Source: Myxococcota bacterium
Lineage (GTDB): Bacteria > Myxococcota_A > UBA9160 > UBA4427
Length of the DNA: 64,000 nt
Assembly (NCBI GenBank): GCA_965250285.1
Contig: OZ252299.1
Coordinates: 3,008,001-3,072,000, forward strand
Direction: 5' to 3'
Under the pieces are notes generated by a model. It was given only the letters and a program-made list of their open reading frames with translations. It was not told the origin of the DNA and did no database searches. The first letter of the stretch is position 1. Every line of letters begins with the position of its first letter. Shown here piece by piece: positions 56,642 through 64,000 of this stretch. Both the position numbers and the translations under genes were made by a program.

Positions 56642-58294
56642 CTAGTCGCCAGTGCTCAGCAGCTCGGTCGGGCTGCCCACCTCGTCCTCGAGCTTCTTCT
56701 GGATCTCCTGGCGCCGCTGCTGCAGCTCGCGGTGGGTGAGCGACTCGACCTCGCCTTCGAGACCGAGCGCCTGGCGAGCACCCGAGAGATCGACCGTGTT
56801 CTTCGATGGATCGAAGCCGATCTGAGTCGCGATCGTGTCGGCGTGATGCGTCGCGAAGTAGCCGTAGATGCGAGAGATCTGAGCGAACATGTTGAGGTCG
56901 GGCGCGAGTGTCGCCACCGCACCGTCGAAGAAGAGCATGCCCTTCACGTAGAGCACGAGATGCTTCGGAAGCCGCGCGCCCTGCTTCAACAGGCCTTTCA
57001 AGACCTCCTGAATCTCGGCCGCGAGCTCCTCGCCCGACATCTTGGTCGGGTCACGCACGGGTTGGTCGATCTTGAGCAGCGTGATCAGCGCATCGAGATC
57101 GGCGTCCTCGGGCAGCGCACCGATGTCGCGGAAGGCCTCGAGCTGTCCCCGCATGTCGTTGACCGCACCCGTCATCAACAGCCGCATGAAGGCCCGACGC
57201 TCCTTCTCCCGCATGCGTCCGGTCATGCCGAAGTCGAGGAGGGCGACGCGGCCATCGGGCATGATGAAGAGGTTGCCGCCGTGCAGGTCGCCGTGAAAGA
57301 CGCCGTAGATCATGGCGCCTTCGAGGAACGTGACGAGCATGCCGTGAAGCAGCTCCGCCGTGTCGATGCCGTTTGCACTGAGCGACTCGAGGTCTTCGTA
57401 GTCGAAGCCTCTCAGTCGCTCCATCACGAGCAGACGCGGGGTCACGAGCTCGGGATGGGGGCGTGGCACGACGATGATCGTCTGCCCGGCGTCGCGCAGC
57501 ACGGCGGCAACGTCGAGCATGTTCTCGGCTTCGAGCCGAAAGTCGAGCTCTTCCACGACCGTCTCGGCGAAGAGCTCGACGAGAGCGGGCGGGTTCGCCA
57601 GCGCGGCCACCGGGATGCGTCCCACGAGCACGGGCGCGATCCAGGCCATCGCTGCGATGTCCTGACGCACGAGCGCCGCCACGCCCGGGCGCTGCACCTT
57701 CACGACGACCTCTTCACCGCTGCGCAGCGTCGCGCGGTGCACCTGCGCGATCGAGGCCGCGGCAAGCGGTTCGCGGTCGAACTCGCTGAAGACGTCCTCG
57801 ATGCGCGCGCCGAGCTCGGCTTCGACATGCGGGCGAACGCGATCGAACGGCACGGCCGGCACCTGATCGCGACAGCGCTTGAACTCCTCGACGAGCTCGT
57901 CGGGGAAGAGCCCGCGCGCCGACGACACGATCTGGCCGAGCTTGATGTAGGCCGGGCCGAGCTTCTCGAACGCGATCCGCAGCCGTCGCGACAACGCCGC
58001 ACGCGAGGCTTCGCCTCCCTGCCGGCGCTCGAGGAGCGCCCAGAGGACGAGCGCGCCGCCCACACGCCACGCGGCCTCGAGGAAGCGCCGCACGGGCGGG
58101 ACCACGCGACGGCGACACAGCTCGGGCACTTCGGCGCGGGTCGCTGCGCGCACCCGCTGCAGGTCATGCAACCATCGCAGCTCGAGAACGTCGACGAGCC
58201 AGGGCCCGTCGTCGCTGAACGCGAAGCGGTCGGCGTCGATCCCCGACCCTGTGATCTGCGACGCCTGCTCGGCGCTCATTCTCTCTGCCTCCAT
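56642..58294 (-). CDS. ABC1/AarF/UbiB-family atypical kinase
   Basis: LGPAYIKLGQ, AAASIAQVH, VVKVQRP, ELDFRLEA, FHGDLHGGN, LLDFG; start 58294 or 58279. Confidence 0.95.
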   Translation of the reverse strand: MEAERMSAEQASQITGSGIDADRFAFSDDGPWLVDVLELRWLHDLQRVRAATRAEVPELCRRRVVPPVRRFLEAAWRVGGALVLWALLERRQGGEASRAALSRRLRIAFEKLGPAYIKLGQIVSSARGLFPDELVEEFKRCRDQVPAVPFDRVRPHVEAELGARIEDVFSEFDREPLAAASIAQVHRATLRSGEEVVVKVQRPGVAALVRQDIAAMAWIAPVLVGRIPVAALANPPALVELFAETVVEELDFRLEAENMLDVAAVLRDAGQTIIVVPRPHPELVTPRLLVMERLRGFDYEDLESLSANGIDTAELLHGMLVTFLEGAMIYGVFHGDLHGGNLFIMPDGRVALLDFGMTGRMREKERRAFMRLLMTGAVNDMRGQLEAFRDIGALPEDADLDALITLLKIDQPVRDPTKMSGEELAAEIQEVLKGLLKQGARLPKHLVLYVKGMLFFDGAVATLAPDLNMFAQISRIYGYFATHHADTIATQIGFDPSKNTVDLSGARQALGLEGEVESLTHRELQQRRQEIQKKLEDEVGSPTELLSTGD

Positions 58295-58385
58295 CCGTGT
58301 CCACTCGCTCGGTCGGTTCAGGCAACCGCTTCGCCGCGTGAGGTGCGAAGGTCATGGCTCGAGCCAGCCGTACCCACCTCGCGCA

Positions 58386-58901
58386 TCAATCCGTCTCGCC
58401 TCGCGCCCAGAAAGTGCGCCAGGTCTCGAGCACTTCGGGCAGCTCTCCGCGCCCCGTTGGATGCTGGGGCCACTGTGCAGATTCGAGCGCCAGGGGATTG
58501 TCGCCCAGATCGGCCGCGTAGAAGAGTCGATGCCGACGACGAACGAAGCGCCAGCCCCCGGGCGTCCGCGCGTACTCATCGTCATACCGGATCGCCTGCT
58601 GGATCCACCGCTCGCCGTCCTGCACCTCGGCCTTGCAGTAGACGATACCCAGAGCCCTCTCAGAGCTCTCGAAGTCGATTACGTGGTTGCCGACGAACAG
58701 AATCGAGATGCCGATCGCGCGAAGCTGCGCGTCGAAGTCGGCCTGCAACGCTTCGTGGCCCCTCTGGTCGCGGCCCACCTGCACATCGTCGACGAAGAGC
58801 TGCACGAGCTTGTCCAGATCTCGACTGTCGATGGCAATGGCATAGCGCGAGGCGAGCTGCCGAATCTCGCTCTCGGCCAGGAGTCGCTGCAGATCATCCA
58901 T
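58386..58901 (-). CDS. NTF2/SnoaL-like protein
   Basis: IRQLASRYAIAIDSRD, LFVDD, NHVIDF, RYDDEY....GW.F..R. Confidence 0.88.
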   Translation of the reverse strand: MDDLQRLLAESEIRQLASRYAIAIDSRDLDKLVQLFVDDVQVGRDQRGHEALQADFDAQLRAIGISILFVGNHVIDFESSERALGIVYCKAEVQDGERWIQQAIRYDDEYARTPGGWRFVRRRHRLFYAADLGDNPLALESAQWPQHPTGRGELPEVLETWRTFWARGETD

Positions 58902-59019
58902 GAAATTCCCTTCGAAACGGGGCGCCTAAGCCCCTCGGCGACGTCCCGGCGGCTGGGGTAGGGTCGACGGCCGCCAGGCTCTTGCCCCGAATGCACGCTG
59001 CCAGGAGGCGCCGCCACCC

Positions 59020-59646
59020 ATGCCCCTCGACCTTTCGACCCTCGTTCAGCCCGGTCATTCGGCCATCGTCACGTCGGAGTGCCAACGCGGCGTCGTCGGC
59101 GACCTCTCGAACCTGCCCGACCTCGGCGCCGCCGCGGCCGGGGGCATGCTGAGTTGCATCGCCGAGTTGACCGATGCCGCGAGGAGCGTGGGCGCCGCAG
59201 TGATCCACTGCACGGCCGAGCGGCGCGCCGACGGCGCCGGCGCAAACAACAACGCTCGGCTCTTTCAATACATGGCCAAGGCGAAGCACCCCCTGCTCGC
59301 AGGCTCGCCGGCTGTCGAGATCGTACCCGAGATCGACGTGATGGAAGACGACTTCGTGCTGCCGCGACTGCACGGGCTCTCGCCCTTTCATGGCACCGAT
59401 CTCGACTCGATCCTGCGCAACCTCGGCGTGACGACCCTCATCGCCACCGGCGTCTCGGTCAACGTCGCGATCCAGGCGCTGACCTACGAGGCGGTCAGCG
59501 CGGGCTACCAGGTCGTGATCCCGAAGGACGCGGTGGCAGGCTTCCCAGAAGGCTATCCGGAGATGGTCTTCGAGCATTCGCTCGGCGCGATCGCGACCCT
59601 CGTCTCGACGGCCGACGTGCTCGACGCGTGGCGAGGTGCATCGTGA
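59020..59646 (+). CDS. Isochorismatase-family protein lacking the canonical nucleophilic Cys
   Basis: ECQRG, SPFHGTDLDSILRNLGVTTLI.TGVSVNVAI, GYQVVIP.DAVAG; AGGAGG RBS. Confidence 0.88.
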   Translation: MPLDLSTLVQPGHSAIVTSECQRGVVGDLSNLPDLGAAAAGGMLSCIAELTDAARSVGAAVIHCTAERRADGAGANNNARLFQYMAKAKHPLLAGSPAVEIVPEIDVMEDDFVLPRLHGLSPFHGTDLDSILRNLGVTTLIATGVSVNVAIQALTYEAVSAGYQVVIPKDAVAGFPEGYPEMVFEHSLGAIATLVSTADVLDAWRGAS

Positions 59647-60431
59647 GCGACCCTTCGAGCGACGTCCTCCTCGTCGAGCGAGACGGGCCGGTCGCGATCC
59701 TGACGCTGCATCGACCCGACGCGATGAACGCGCTCTCGCGACCGCTGCGCGAGGCACTCTCATCGGCCTTTCGCGAGCTCGGCGCCGACCCCGAGGTGCG
59801 CGTGGCGATCGTGACCGGCGCGGGGCGGGCCTTCTGCGCTGGCTTCGACCTGAAGGAGCTCAGCGAAGCATCGGGAGACGCCGCCGAGACGGCGAGCAAC
59901 GACCTGCCCGAGGCGATGCAGGCGTTCGGCGGCCCGATCATCGGCGCCGTGAACGGCCACGCCATCACGGGGGGCTTCGAGCTCGCCCTCGCCTGCGACG
60001 TGCTGATCGCCTCGACGGAGGCGCGCTTCGCCGACACACACGCCCGGGTCGGCATCCTCCCCGGCTGGGGACTCAGCCAGAAGCTGCCGCGGCTCGTCGG
60101 CGAATCGCGGGCCAAGGAGATCTCGTTCACCGGAAACTTCGTCGACGCCGAGCAGGCGCTCGCATGGGGCCTGGTCAACCGCGTCGTCGAACCCGACGCG
60201 CTGCTCGATCACTGCCGCGAGCTCGGCCACGCGATGGCGAGCTGCGTGCCGACGGTGCTGGCCGAGTACAAGGCGCTGATCGACCGCGGCCTCGGGATGA
60301 ACCTCGATGCGGCGCTCGAGATGGAAGCCGCCGCGGCGATCGAGTCGGCCAAGCGCGCGAGCGCCGCCATGATCGCCGCGCGGCGCAAGGGTGTGCAGGA
60401 GCGCGGTCGTTCGGAGACGAGCGACGATTGA
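59643..60431 (+). CDS. Enoyl-CoA hydratase
   Basis: RPDAMNAL, FCAGFDL, AITGGFELALACD, FADTHARVGILPGWG; GTGA overlap. Confidence 0.93.
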   Translation: MSDPSSDVLLVERDGPVAILTLHRPDAMNALSRPLREALSSAFRELGADPEVRVAIVTGAGRAFCAGFDLKELSEASGDAAETASNDLPEAMQAFGGPIIGAVNGHAITGGFELALACDVLIASTEARFADTHARVGILPGWGLSQKLPRLVGESRAKEISFTGNFVDAEQALAWGLVNRVVEPDALLDHCRELGHAMASCVPTVLAEYKALIDRGLGMNLDAALEMEAAAAIESAKRASAAMIAARRKGVQERGRSETSDD

Positions 60432-60440
60432 CCGCGCGGC

Positions 60441-60890
60441 TCAGGCGTCGTCGAGCACCCAGCGCGGGAGCGTGATCTCGTCGGTCACCCGGTCGAACAC
60501 GACGCGGACGCGCGCGCCGATCTCGACCGAACGGGGGTCGACCGAGTCGAGCGGCGCGCCGGCTTCGCTCACCAGATTGCCGACGAGGCGCGCGTTCGGA
60601 TCCTCGTCGAGTTCGACGAGGATCACGTTGTAGGGGGCGTGCTCTCCGAACTGAGGCAAGAGCGGCGGGTGTGGCACGACGACCGACCAGATCGTGCCCC
60701 GGCCCGAGACGGTGATCCACTCGGGCACACGCCGCCCGCCCCATGGGCTGGTCGAGCGCGGCGGAAACACGAGCCGCCCGGTATCGACGCAGCGCTGCAT
60801 GCGCAGCTCGCCGGCCCGCGCCCCTTCGAGGAAGGGCTCGGTCTCGGGCGCGCGTGGCGGCAGCAGCAGAGACGCCGGATCAACGGCCAT
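60441..60890 (-). CDS. DUF35/OB-fold protein (thiolase-fold aldolase partner)
   Basis: PF.EGA..GEL.MQRC, FPPR, SGRGTIWS, PYNVILVEL.E, IG.RV.VVF. Confidence 0.9.
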   Translation of the reverse strand: MAVDPASLLLPPRAPETEPFLEGARAGELRMQRCVDTGRLVFPPRSTSPWGGRRVPEWITVSGRGTIWSVVVPHPPLLPQFGEHAPYNVILVELDEDPNARLVGNLVSEAGAPLDSVDPRSVEIGARVRVVFDRVTDEITLPRWVLDDA

Positions 60891-60908
60891 GGTGTTTTCT
60901 CCCGGCTC

Positions 60909-62051
60909 TCAGCGCCGCAGGATGAGCGCGCTCGTGGGCACGCCCTCCCCCGCCGTCACCAGACATGTCTCTGCGCCGTCGACCTGGTTGACCGATACGC
61001 CGCGCATCTGTCGCACGCCCTCGTTGATGAGATTGAAACCATGCACGTAGGCTTCGGAGAGCCCGCCGCCCGACGTGTTGATCGGGAGCCGACCGCCCAG
61101 CTCGAGCGCCCCGCCTTCGGTGAACGCCGCGCCTTCGCCCTGCTTGCAGAACCCGTAGCCCTCGAGCGAGAGTGGGATCAGCGGCGTGAATGCGTCGTAG
61201 ATCTGGGCGACATCGATGTCGGCGGCCCGGATATCCGAGTTGCGATAGAGCGCCTGTGAGCAGGCCCACGACGGGCCCTGCAGCGGGTCGTCGCACCAGT
61301 AGTTCGTCATCGTGTGCGACTGCGCTGTGAAGCCCTGGCCGAACGCATGCAGATACGCGGGCGGGTGTCGCAGATCCTTCGCCCGGTCGGCGCTCACGAT
61401 CACGCAGGCGAGCGCGCCGTCGGTCTCGAGGCAGTTGTCGAAGAGACAGAGCGGCTCCGAGATCCAGCGCGCGTTCATGTACTGCTCTCGCGTGAGCGTC
61501 TTCTCGAACATCATCGCGCGCGGGTTGTTGTTGGCCATCTTGCGCACGGCGAGCGCGACGTTGGCGAGGTGATCGCGGGTCGCTCCGTACTCGTGCATGT
61601 AGCGACGCATCAGCATGGCGATCTCGTCGACCGGGCGAAGCAGCCCCCACGGCCGGGTCCAGGCGGCGGGCGTCGAGAACTGGATCGCCGTGTTGGCCCA
61701 GATGCGCCCACCCGAGCCCCGCTTGCGCGATCGCCAGACCACACCGACCCGGCATTGGCCGGCCGCTACGGCGAGCGCCATCTGGCCGACGCAGCCGGGG
61801 CCAGCCCCACCGCCGTAGCCGACCTGCAGAAACGTCGTGACGTCGCCCGCCCCGATGTTCTTCGCGATCTCGACCTCGTCGGTCGACTCCATCGTGTACG
61901 ACGCGAAGCCATCGACCTCGCTCGGATCGATGCCGGCATCGTCGAGGGCGGCGAGGATCGCCTCGACCGCGAGATCCTGCTCGCTGGGCTCGAGCTTCTT
62001 CGAGAACGCGGTTTCACCGATCCCAACGATGGCCGTGCGATCCTTGAGCAT
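60909..62051 (-). CDS. SCP2-thiolase-like lipid-transfer protein (Ltp2-like aldolase)
   Basis: TAIVGIGET.FSK, CLETDGA, AQIYDAFT, NTSGG.LSEAYVHG, EGVRQ.RG...NQV. Confidence 0.92.
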   Translation of the reverse strand: MLKDRTAIVGIGETAFSKKLEPSEQDLAVEAILAALDDAGIDPSEVDGFASYTMESTDEVEIAKNIGAGDVTTFLQVGYGGGAGPGCVGQMALAVAAGQCRVGVVWRSRKRGSGGRIWANTAIQFSTPAAWTRPWGLLRPVDEIAMLMRRYMHEYGATRDHLANVALAVRKMANNNPRAMMFEKTLTREQYMNARWISEPLCLFDNCLETDGALACVIVSADRAKDLRHPPAYLHAFGQGFTAQSHTMTNYWCDDPLQGPSWACSQALYRNSDIRAADIDVAQIYDAFTPLIPLSLEGYGFCKQGEGAAFTEGGALELGGRLPINTSGGGLSEAYVHGFNLINEGVRQMRGVSVNQVDGAETCLVTAGEGVPTSALILRR

Positions 62052-62089
62052 GGCGAGCACTGTACCCGAGCCGAGCGCGGCGGCCACGG

Positions 62090-63766
62090 TCAGCGCTGGG
62101 GCTCGATGACCTCGAAGACGAGGGCTCGAAAGCCGTTCGCCTCGACCTCGTGCACCAGCGAGAAGCGCTGCCCCGGTGCAGGTGCGACGGAGAGCGAGTG
62201 CGCCTGCGGATCGGCGAGCTCTCGCTTGCCGGCGACGACCCAGCGCACCCCCCGTCGTCGCAGCGACCAGCCGTCGAGCAAGCCATCGCCGGTGTGCATC
62301 GGGACCCACACGAGCGACGCGTAGTACGCCGTGCGCGAGCGTTCGGTCGCGAGCCGGTCTCCCGGGTTGGCCTGCTCTCGAACCCAGAGCGCGGCGTGCT
62401 TGGCCGCCACGGCCTCGGCACGGAAAGCGCGCAGCGCCTTGGGAAGCGCGATCGCGACCACCACGAGCACGATCGCGATGGTGGCGCGCGCATGCGTGCG
62501 CGACCACGAGCGGCCGGGCCATCTCGACGCGACTGCTCGAGCGAGCGCGTCGAGCCCGAGCGATGCATGACCGAGCATGACCACCGCGAGGGGCAACAGA
62601 TGGCGGCGACTCAGGTAGCCGGCGGTCACGAGCAGCGCGAACGTCGTCAGGCCGTGGACGGCCGCCACCGTCCCGATGAAGAACGAGCGGGATGACGGCG
62701 ACGCCCCCGACCGTACGCTCGCGACGACACCCACCGCGAGCAGGATCACGAGTTCGGGGCGCAGCGTCGAGGCAAAGAGCGCGAGCCAATGCAGCGCGTC
62801 GGCCGGCGACACGATGAAGGCGCCAAGCACGAGCACCGCGGTGACCACGCCTGCCCACGCGGTCGCAACGTACGGGGGCCCCGCGACCCCCGGCCATGCC
62901 AGCCCCCCGCGCCGTCGCACCCAGACGAGCGCGCCGATCGCAAGCGCAATGGCGACGCAGGCGGTGGCCAACGCCACGGGATGGCCCGTGAGATGCGCGA
63001 CCCCGAACAGGGTCGAGAGCGACTTCTTCTGGGTCAGCTGCCACTCCCCCGACAGCACCTGAATGACGCGCATGTACGGCAACGCAAGCAGGCCGAAGCC
63101 GCCGACGAGCGCAAAAGCGAGCCCGGCGAGGCGGCCCGTACCGATGCGACCCCGCGCCCAATCGGCCCCGATCAAAACCAGCCCCACGACACCGACCCCG
63201 ATGCCCTCGGGTCGAGTCAGGTAGGCGAGGCCCGTCGCCACACCGGCTGCGAACGCAAGACCGGCGTCGATGCGCGTCGTCGCGCGTTGAAGGAGCCCCA
63301 GCCCGAGCAGAAAGAACGCCAGATGGAGCGAATCGCTCTGGACGTCGGCCGACATGCGCACGGCGTAGGGATGCGCGGCGAGTAAGGCACCCGAGATCAC
63401 CGCGAGTCGCGGCCCGAAGAGCGGCCGCATCAGCCACCAGAGCAAGAGGATGCAAGCGGTCCCCGCCGCCACCGACCACGCGACACCGACGAGCTCTTCG
63501 TGGCCTGCGGAGCCCGGCGTCAGCCAGACGAGCAGCGAATAGAGCGGGTGATAGGGATGCGCCAGCGCGCCGCCGAAATCGCCGCGCGCCATGGCCCGTG
63601 CGATCGCGATGAACTCGGGGCCGTCGTCGAAGATGACCTGCATGCGCGCCGCGACGAGGACGCGAAGACCGAGCCCCGCGAGCACGACGCCGGCGAGCCA
63701 GAGCGATTCGCTGCGCGTCGACCACGGCGCTGCGTCGGCGCGGTCCGGTGAGTGATGGGCTTGCAC
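62090..63766 (-). CDS. GT-C (ArnT/PMT-like, GT39/83) membrane glycosyltransferase
   Basis: N-terminal TM then DD.....IAR, HPLYSLL, LAYLTRPEG, many TM segments; start uncertain. Confidence 0.78.
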   Translation of the reverse strand: MQAHHSPDRADAAPWSTRSESLWLAGVVLAGLGLRVLVAARMQVIFDDGPEFIAIARAMARGDFGGALAHPYHPLYSLLVWLTPGSAGHEELVGVAWSVAAGTACILLLWWLMRPLFGPRLAVISGALLAAHPYAVRMSADVQSDSLHLAFFLLGLGLLQRATTRIDAGLAFAAGVATGLAYLTRPEGIGVGVVGLVLIGADWARGRIGTGRLAGLAFALVGGFGLLALPYMRVIQVLSGEWQLTQKKSLSTLFGVAHLTGHPVALATACVAIALAIGALVWVRRRGGLAWPGVAGPPYVATAWAGVVTAVLVLGAFIVSPADALHWLALFASTLRPELVILLAVGVVASVRSGASPSSRSFFIGTVAAVHGLTTFALLVTAGYLSRRHLLPLAVVMLGHASLGLDALARAVASRWPGRSWSRTHARATIAIVLVVVAIALPKALRAFRAEAVAAKHAALWVREQANPGDRLATERSRTAYYASLVWVPMHTGDGLLDGWSLRRRGVRWVVAGKRELADPQAHSLSVAPAPGQRFSLVHEVEANGFRALVFEVIEPQR

Positions 63767-63793
63767 GCGTCCCCGTTCGCGGCCGCAGGCCGC

Positions 63794-64000
63794 TCAGTGG
63801 GCGTTCGACCCGCCCCTGAACGCCTCGAGCAGCTCGGCCTCGCGAACCCGCGCCTCGGCCAGGTTCTGCTCCTTGACGTCGTCGAAGCCACGGACGTGCT
63901 CGGGCAGGCTCGCCAGCTCGATCGCGATCTCGCGCGTTTCGGGGCCGAGACCAGAGACGATCGTATCGACCAGGCGTTCGTACTCGCGAATCAGCTGCTG
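63794..64000 (-). CDS. C-terminus of a fused indolepyruvate:ferredoxin oxidoreductase family protein (partial)
   Basis: Not in the ORF track; minus-strand translation QQLIREYERLVDTIVSGL...IAIELASLPEHVRGFDDVKEQNL...LLEAFRGGSNAH*. Confidence 0.8.
   Translation of the reverse strand, partial: QQLIREYERLVDTIVSGLGPETREIAIELASLPEHVRGFDDVKEQNLAEARVREAELLEAFRGGSNAH

Noticed and set aside
60909..63725. 938-aa thiolase with a long N-terminal extension
   Set aside because: The extension is an Arg/Ala-rich off-frame read of the glycosyltransferase; the real start is 62051
1..64000. Prophage, IS/integrase, defence system, rRNA or tRNA (including tRNA-Sec)
   Set aside because: No recognisable motifs by eye; tRNAscan-SE or Infernal would be needed to exclude small RNAs formally

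Overview
High-GC bacterial chromosomal window, densely coding (about 66 CDS). I found no rRNA, tRNA, CRISPR array or transposase. Envelope genes (predicted outer-membrane beta-barrel, IPTL-CTERM-like protein, glycine-zipper/PepSY/PhoPQ-like module) suggest a diderm host. The catabolic content (F420-type LLM enzymes, P450, heteromeric-type acyl-CoA dehydrogenases, MaoC pair, Ltp2/DUF35-like pair, CaiB CoA-transferases, crotonases, SDRs) resembles steroid/aromatic/lipid degradation; a Myxococcota-like host is only a guess. The main result is a recoded gene that the ORF track splits in two: 11977..12504 (-) reads through an in-frame UGA in a D-U-G-S-C motif, with a SECIS-like hairpin whose upper stem starts 11 nt downstream, i.e. 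a UGSC-type selenoprotein. It lies beside an uncharacterised 'GWGDGLPLVPPT' partner gene in a tightly coupled 14-gene, MarR-headed operon (3451..15818) containing five amidohydrolase-superfamily proteins, an F420-type LLM, a TauD dioxygenase, a PaaK-like CoA ligase and two cupins. This looks like a catabolic pathway I cannot assign to any described route. Other points: candidate operators (one shared by two ACAD paralogues), three tandem LuxR-type regulators with a near-identical HTH, several enzymes with degenerate catalytic motifs, and a long nested inverted repeat. All family calls come from motif recognition, not database searches.
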